Source of the DNA: Craspedostauros australis
Lineage: Eukaryota
Length of the DNA: 64,000 bases
Assembly: GCA_030167865.1 (NCBI GenBank)
Contig: JALAGF010004961.1
Location: 1-64,000, forward strand
Direction: 5' to 3'
The first letter of the stretch is position 1. The number at the start of each line of letters is the position of its first letter. The position numbers and the translations under genes are program-made. Under the pieces are notes generated by a model. It did not search any database. It saw only the letters and a list, made by a program, of their open reading frames with translations, and was not told the DNA's origin. Below, in pieces: positions 58,895-64,000 of this stretch.

Positions 58895-61576
58895 ATGAAC
58901 AAGAACGACACAGCATCCGTGGAGGTGGTGAAGCCGAAGAAGAAGCTGATGCAGACGTTGGTGGAGGGCATCGCCTCCAAGCTCTCGCTGCACGCCAGCG
59001 TGAGCGGCCCCCTGGGCATCAAGAAGTCCACCAGCTCCGGCAGCCTCGAGGACGATCAGTACGGCCTCATGATGAGCATCGCCAGCTTCAACTTCGATGC
59101 CAACGACAGCACGGACGGCGGCAGCGCCATCGACAGCGTCGGCGACAGGGAGATCAACCTCAACGACGAATCGGACGGCGGCGAGACCAAGGACGACGAC
59201 CGATCGCGCGCCATCGGGAGCAGGAGCGCCCACGACGATCACAAGCACCACGACGACACGCCGGTGCGCAGCAACGCCCGCAGCCGCAGCCAAGGTCCGC
59301 CCAGAATGAGAGGTCGCGGCAGATCGAGAGACCGCGAGGACTCCGATGACGACATTGACGACAGCGCGCGCATCAACAGCAACAAGATGTCGGAGAACCG
59401 CTTCCGCAAGATCTCCCTGCGCTCCCTCTCCATCGGCCGACGCCGCAACCGCCGCAAGAAGAAGAAGGGCGAAGACGATGACGACGACCTGGGTTCCATC
59501 GCGGCGTCCGTGGCCATCGTCGAACCGCGCGTGCCTCCGCCCAACACGCCGCAGCGCAGTCTCAGCGCCGGGAATCTCGACGTGCAGTTGGATTCCGATG
59601 ACGACGAGGAGGAGGAGGAGTCGAAGCGCGACAACATCCACGCCATCAGCGGCCACGCCAAGATGGCGCGCGCCATCGGAGATCTGCTAGGCAAGAAACG
59701 ACCCGCTTTGGCCAGGCCCGCGGCGTTGCGGCGGTGCAAGAGCGGAGGCATTCAGTCCATGACGCGCAGTAAGTCAGCAAGGCCCGGTGTGCAGCGATCG
59801 CAAGGACGTCGGGGTTCGTTTGAGGCGTCCGTCCCCAACGACGAGACGAACGACGCATCTGTGCCGAAGACGGCGCGCAACAACCCCGTTCGCGAGGCCG
59901 GTTCCGATGAGGATGATGACATTGTCGACTCGGACAGCAGCTCGCGGCAGGAACGATCGAGCAACCGGCCTTCCAGGCGCGGGCGCAAGGAGGACTTCAT
60001 GCATCCCGGCAGCACCGATGGAGGCAGCACCAAGAGCGATCATCACAGTCACAGCAACGCTCACAGCAAGAGCCAGAGCAACATTCAGACTCACAGCCAT
60101 ATCCAGAAGCCACACAGCACCAGCAACTTCATCAGAAAGACCAGCGATAGCAGCAGTGCGAGCGTCAGCGCTAGTGCCAGTGCTAGTGCTAGTGCGAATG
60201 GTGGAAGCAGCAGCAGTAGTAAGAAGAAACAGCAGCCATCAACACAGCAACAACCAACAGCACGGTCCAAGAACAACGCCAGACAAGCCAACAGGAGAGC
60301 TTCAGGCGCCACCATCACTAGCAACCACGGAAGCGGCACCAACATCGCCTTCGACGAATCGATCATCTCCATCATGAACAACGACACCGACGAACGTGAA
60401 GGCGAAAGCCAGAGCGAACGCATCGCCAAGTCAGAATCGACGATCAGCACAGTGGCATCCACCATCACCAGCGGAAGCACCAGCAACCGCAGCACCGCGC
60501 GCACCCAACCATACATCAACGACCTAGGCAAGCTATCCACGCACAGCACGGAGTACTTCACGTCCATGTCACCCTTCAACTGTCCGCAGCTTGAAATACC
60601 CTCCAATCCAAACCAGAAGGAGATCGCCGTCTCCAACCACAGAATCGCGTCCGCCTCCAGGTCACAATCCATGCGCTTGGTGCAGCCGGATGCCACCGAC
60701 ATCCCCAAGCAATCGATCAATTCCAGCAGCAGCAAGAGCACCAAAAGCAGCAAGCACAGATCGACTCGCAACATCACCAACGTCACGGAGGTGGACGACG
60801 AGACCTGCGACATCGAGGTGCCCTTGCGCGGTGAAGGCAAAGCCGTCACGCTAGACGCCAAGCACAACCTCACTTCGCCAGTCCAATCCAACAAGTCCAG
60901 ATCCTCCGTGCCTTCGCCCAGACCGCAGAACCGCGCCAGATACAATCGAGGTCGTTCCGGCAGCCGTGGACCGCGGGACGACGGCCGCAGCAAATCGCGC
61001 GATAAGGACGGCACGCGTCAGCGACGCCATCGCACGCGCAGCGGAAGCCGGGAGCGCATCCCGCGTGGCACGACAAACGGCGCCAACCGACGGTCCAGCA
61101 AGTCGTCGTCCAAGAAGCTCAGCAAACCGCCCGCCTCGCCAAGAGCAGACGTCATCGGGACGCCCAGCAAGAATGGCAGCGATAGGCAATACCTGGCGGT
61201 ACCGCCACTTTCCAAAACGAAGTCTTCAGGAACGACGAGCAAACCGCAAACGCAGCTACAGGATCAGCAACAGTTGAGGCAGAAGCCAAGGCCGATGCAA
61301 TCGCCGCTGACGTCGCCGATAGGTGGTAACAGGCTCATCGGCATCGACGACTCCATGTCCAACCAGGACAACATCATCCGGTTGCTTCAGCATGCGGTGG
61401 ACCAGAGCAAGGCGAGGGCCAACAGGACGCGCCAAGTCTTGCAGGGGTACCGTGCGGAGATCCGTCTGCTGCGCAATCGCAGAGCCTTGGCGGAGCACGA
61501 ACGTGAGCATCAGTGGTCGTCATTGAAGCGCCACAAGGTGCAGCTGGAACGCGTGTCGGCGAATAAGAAAGGCTGA
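58895..61576 (+). CDS. Hypothetical low-complexity Ser/Arg/Asp-rich protein with C-terminal coiled coil
   Basis: 893-aa ORF with ATG start and coding-like codon usage; mostly disordered; basic clusters (RRRNRRKKKK); helical C-terminus. No family recognised. Confidence 0.7.
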   Translation: MNKNDTASVEVVKPKKKLMQTLVEGIASKLSLHASVSGPLGIKKSTSSGSLEDDQYGLMMSIASFNFDANDSTDGGSAIDSVGDREINLNDESDGGETKDDDRSRAIGSRSAHDDHKHHDDTPVRSNARSRSQGPPRMRGRGRSRDREDSDDDIDDSARINSNKMSENRFRKISLRSLSIGRRRNRRKKKKGEDDDDDLGSIAASVAIVEPRVPPPNTPQRSLSAGNLDVQLDSDDDEEEEESKRDNIHAISGHAKMARAIGDLLGKKRPALARPAALRRCKSGGIQSMTRSKSARPGVQRSQGRRGSFEASVPNDETNDASVPKTARNNPVREAGSDEDDDIVDSDSSSRQERSSNRPSRRGRKEDFMHPGSTDGGSTKSDHHSHSNAHSKSQSNIQTHSHIQKPHSTSNFIRKTSDSSSASVSASASASASANGGSSSSSKKKQQPSTQQQPTARSKNNARQANRRASGATITSNHGSGTNIAFDESIISIMNNDTDEREGESQSERIAKSESTISTVASTITSGSTSNRSTARTQPYINDLGKLSTHSTEYFTSMSPFNCPQLEIPSNPNQKEIAVSNHRIASASRSQSMRLVQPDATDIPKQSINSSSSKSTKSSKHRSTRNITNVTEVDDETCDIEVPLRGEGKAVTLDAKHNLTSPVQSNKSRSSVPSPRPQNRARYNRGRSGSRGPRDDGRSKSRDKDGTRQRRHRTRSGSRERIPRGTTNGANRRSSKSSSKKLSKPPASPRADVIGTPSKNGSDRQYLAVPPLSKTKSSGTTSKPQTQLQDQQQLRQKPRPMQSPLTSPIGGNRLIGIDDSMSNQDNIIRLLQHAVDQSKARANRTRQVLQGYRAEIRLLRNRRALAEHEREHQWSSLKRHKVQLERVSANKKG

Positions 61577-61888
61577 GCAGGGGGGCAGGGGAATGGGACG
61601 CAGCGTAGGCAAAGTCAAACAATTTTTAGTTTTTCATTTCAAGCATGCATGGAGGAGGAGCGGATTCTATGAGAGTAGAGAATGGTGCAGTATGGTTGAT
61701 GCAATGCTCCCAGGATGTACATATGCATACATTCATGGGCGAGCACCATAGCGGAGTAGATGAAGACAGCCAGAGCAGGCAGACAGCCGCTTCTTGGGAA
61801 CACAACGCAGCCTCAAACATCCATTCCGCCGTTCAAGCTGCATCTGGAACATTAAAAACGCAAGGTTTCGACCAATTGTGTCAACTGT

Positions 61889-61968
61889 GATGCTATGGCC
61901 GAGTGGTCTAAGGCGGTGGTTTTAGGCACCATTCTTAATTGGCGTGGGTTCAAATCCCACTGGCATCA
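61889..61968 (+). tRNA. trnL-UAG: tRNA-Leu (anticodon UAG)
   Basis: Acceptor GATGCTA/TGGCATC+A; D-arm with TGGCCGAGTGGTCTAAGGC (A box); anticodon stem GTGGT/ACCAT with loop TTTAGGC; variable arm; T-arm GTGGG-TTCAAAT-CCCAC; followed by CCA and TTTT. Confidence 0.95.
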
Positions 61969-62478
61969 CCACTTTTGGCGAAACGTGTAATTTTGTCGAA
62001 ATCTGCCAACAAGCGAGTTCTTTTTGTGTCGTGGCTGTTCTTCGTCAGCGACGCGTTCTCGTTTTCGCCACGACCAAACCGAATTCGATTCGGCGAGGAA
62101 TTTTCCACTCATGTCTCGACCGTTCTCTTTCGTGTCACACTCAATAACGTCACGGGGGTTAAATTGTGTATTTCAGCGAGTGTGAATGTATAATTATATC
62201 ACGTCATGAATATTATAATCGAAGTCGTTGACATTCGAGCCTGTCGAGTCGCTCGCTCACAATTAACACCCACAACATCAAGGCAAACCATGATGATGTG
62301 GAGGGAGAAGCGAGAACGATGCTGAGAAGATCTTCTTCGTCATCGCCATTCCCTCCCACCACCATCAAGAACAATCATTTTCATCGCGGCAGCAACTGCC
62401 TTCGACATTCCCACAATCAACGTCCAGGCGCCTGCGATTAAGCACACAAGTACCAATCAAGTACTGCGACGTGGGAAG

Positions 62479-64000
62479 ATGAAGACCTCCAACCGGACAC
62501 TGCCAGCCAGAGGACAGACCAACAGTGCGAGAGCCAGTTCCCAACACGGCGCCGGTGAAGAATGCTACATGCCAGACGTCATCGTGGAGACAAAGTCGCA
62601 TCAGAGCAGCATCTTGCCCAATGCCAGCAGCCTTTCGATGAGCTCCATCACTGCTAACTATCACAAAACTGCCACGCACAGCAACCGTGGCAGCAACAGC
62701 AAGAATGCGGTAGGCCGGACGTCCAGATCCCACCTTGGCAAGTCGAGCGGGAGCAAGAAGACGCCACGCTCGCAACACATCAACACGACAGTGCCATCCA
62801 TCGGTGATTTCCAGATCCTGGTCCAGTCCATGAGCGAACGCCCAGATGAGGTGTACGAAGTGTATGAGCGCATCAAGCAGGAGGAGAGCACAGCCAATCT
62901 GTCCTTCGCAGCAGACGATGTGACGGAGGTGGTGTGCAACGTGGATCCTAATCGCAAAGTGGTTGTGGCGGCTGGTGCTGCCGTCTCCAGCGGCATGGAT
63001 CAGCGACAAGACGAGGAGGAGCGGGTCGGCACCGCAGAGAGAGTGGAGGTCATCGCAAGCACGAGCACAAACACAAGTGCAACGAAAACGAGCCGCAGCG
63101 CAAAGACCAACAATCCCCCAAAGAAGACCAACAGCATGAAGACGAGCGATGATGACTACTTGCACAGCATCATGCGCCGCTTGGACATCACCCCATTCCT
63201 TGATCACTTACAGCTCATGTCACAGCAGAAGGAATCCAAAGCCAGAAAATCGAAGTCATCAGCTGCACCATACACGCCGGCGCCCACACCGACATTCAAC
63301 GCCTCGTCCATTTCAGCATTAGGATCGTCAGCTTTCTCATTCGCATCGACGCCAATACCATCTCCATCAACAGACCCGAGGGCCGTGATCAGAACGCCTG
63401 TAAAAGCAAATGCAAAGACGACTGGGCCAACAAAGCCTGCGACGAATACGAATGCAAAGGCACCTCCAGCTCAAACGACGACCGCTGTCAAAACTGCAGC
63501 CGCACCAGCATCTATGGCAGTGCCGCCGCCTCCGCCACCGCGGCCCCCGCGATCGTCGGAACGAACCCAACCACCACCATCCCTCGGAAACTTCCCACCC
63601 ATGATTCAGGAGGTTCCTGTCCCAGATCCCAAGTTGCTCGCCAGATTGAAGGAACTGGAAAAGAAGCTGGAGAAGGACGCTTCTCGCGTCGAGGCCCTGG
63701 AGGAGCACAACCACGACCTCTTCAAAGATCTGGTGGAAGAGCGTCGCGCAGCAAGCACAATGAAGCTCACCAACGAAACTCGAATCGCCAAATCCATCGA
63801 AGAGACCAAACAGCACAAGCAATCCATCCACAAGCTGCAGGAAGAAATCGCTGCCATGAGGCTGGTGCAAGACAAGGTCGAAGCAGAACTCGAAGCCCAG
63901 ATCGGAAAGACCCAGATGCTCGCGAACTTGTTGCGCGATCAAGAAGAGCAGCACGAGCAGGACATGGCGACCCTCAAGGATAGCCATGCGTGGGATTTGA
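62479..64000 (+). CDS. 5' part of a hypothetical protein: S/T/P-rich region, poly-Pro, then coiled coil; runs off the window
   Basis: Not in the ORF track. Frame from ATG 62479 read by hand is open to 64000: MKTSNRTLPARG...VPPPPPPRPPR...LLARLKELEKKLEKDASRVEALEEHNHDL...IHKLQEEIAAMR. Confidence 0.75.
   Translation, partial: MKTSNRTLPARGQTNSARASSQHGAGEECYMPDVIVETKSHQSSILPNASSLSMSSITANYHKTATHSNRGSNSKNAVGRTSRSHLGKSSGSKKTPRSQHINTTVPSIGDFQILVQSMSERPDEVYEVYERIKQEESTANLSFAADDVTEVVCNVDPNRKVVVAAGAAVSSGMDQRQDEEERVGTAERVEVIASTSTNTSATKTSRSAKTNNPPKKTNSMKTSDDDYLHSIMRRLDITPFLDHLQLMSQQKESKARKSKSSAAPYTPAPTPTFNASSISALGSSAFSFASTPIPSPSTDPRAVIRTPVKANAKTTGPTKPATNTNAKAPPAQTTTAVKTAAAPASMAVPPPPPPRPPRSSERTQPPPSLGNFPPMIQEVPVPDPKLLARLKELEKKLEKDASRVEALEEHNHDLFKDLVEERRAASTMKLTNETRIAKSIEETKQHKQSIHKLQEEIAAMRLVQDKVEAELEAQIGKTQMLANLLRDQEEQHEQDMATLKDSHAWDL

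Overview
Eukaryotic nuclear DNA, most likely a diatom or related ochrophyte. Evidence: short GT-AG introns, an ASAFAP-type plastid presequence, a diatom-type GH19 chitinase and a presequence-less SBPase. The window is dominated by a chitin gene cluster. Five complete division-2-type chitin synthases (here CHS-B to CHS-F) each have two exons split by the same phase-2 intron. Their architecture is disordered N-terminus / TM / cytochrome-b5-like / GT2 core with EDR, QRRRW and WG / an unrecognised ~150-200 aa C-terminal domain. A probable sixth paralogue (CHS-A) runs off the left edge and is missing from the ORF track. A secreted GH19 chitinase with Cys-rich repeats lies head-to-head with the CHS-D/E/F tandem. 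CHS-C to CHS-F look like patchworks of each other (gene conversion or assembly chimerism). CHS-C keeps an open frame but has substitutions in otherwise invariant motifs and a 99-bp in-frame repeat. Interspersed genes: three Mpv17/PMP22 proteins, choline dehydrogenase, SBPase, MsrA, a GPR1/FUN34/YaaH transporter with an extra N-terminal domain, unknown membrane/plastid/coiled-coil proteins and tRNA-Leu(UAG). There is one 103-nt assembly gap, inside CHS-E. No transposase, CRISPR or rRNA was recognised. All calls are by eye; no searches were run.
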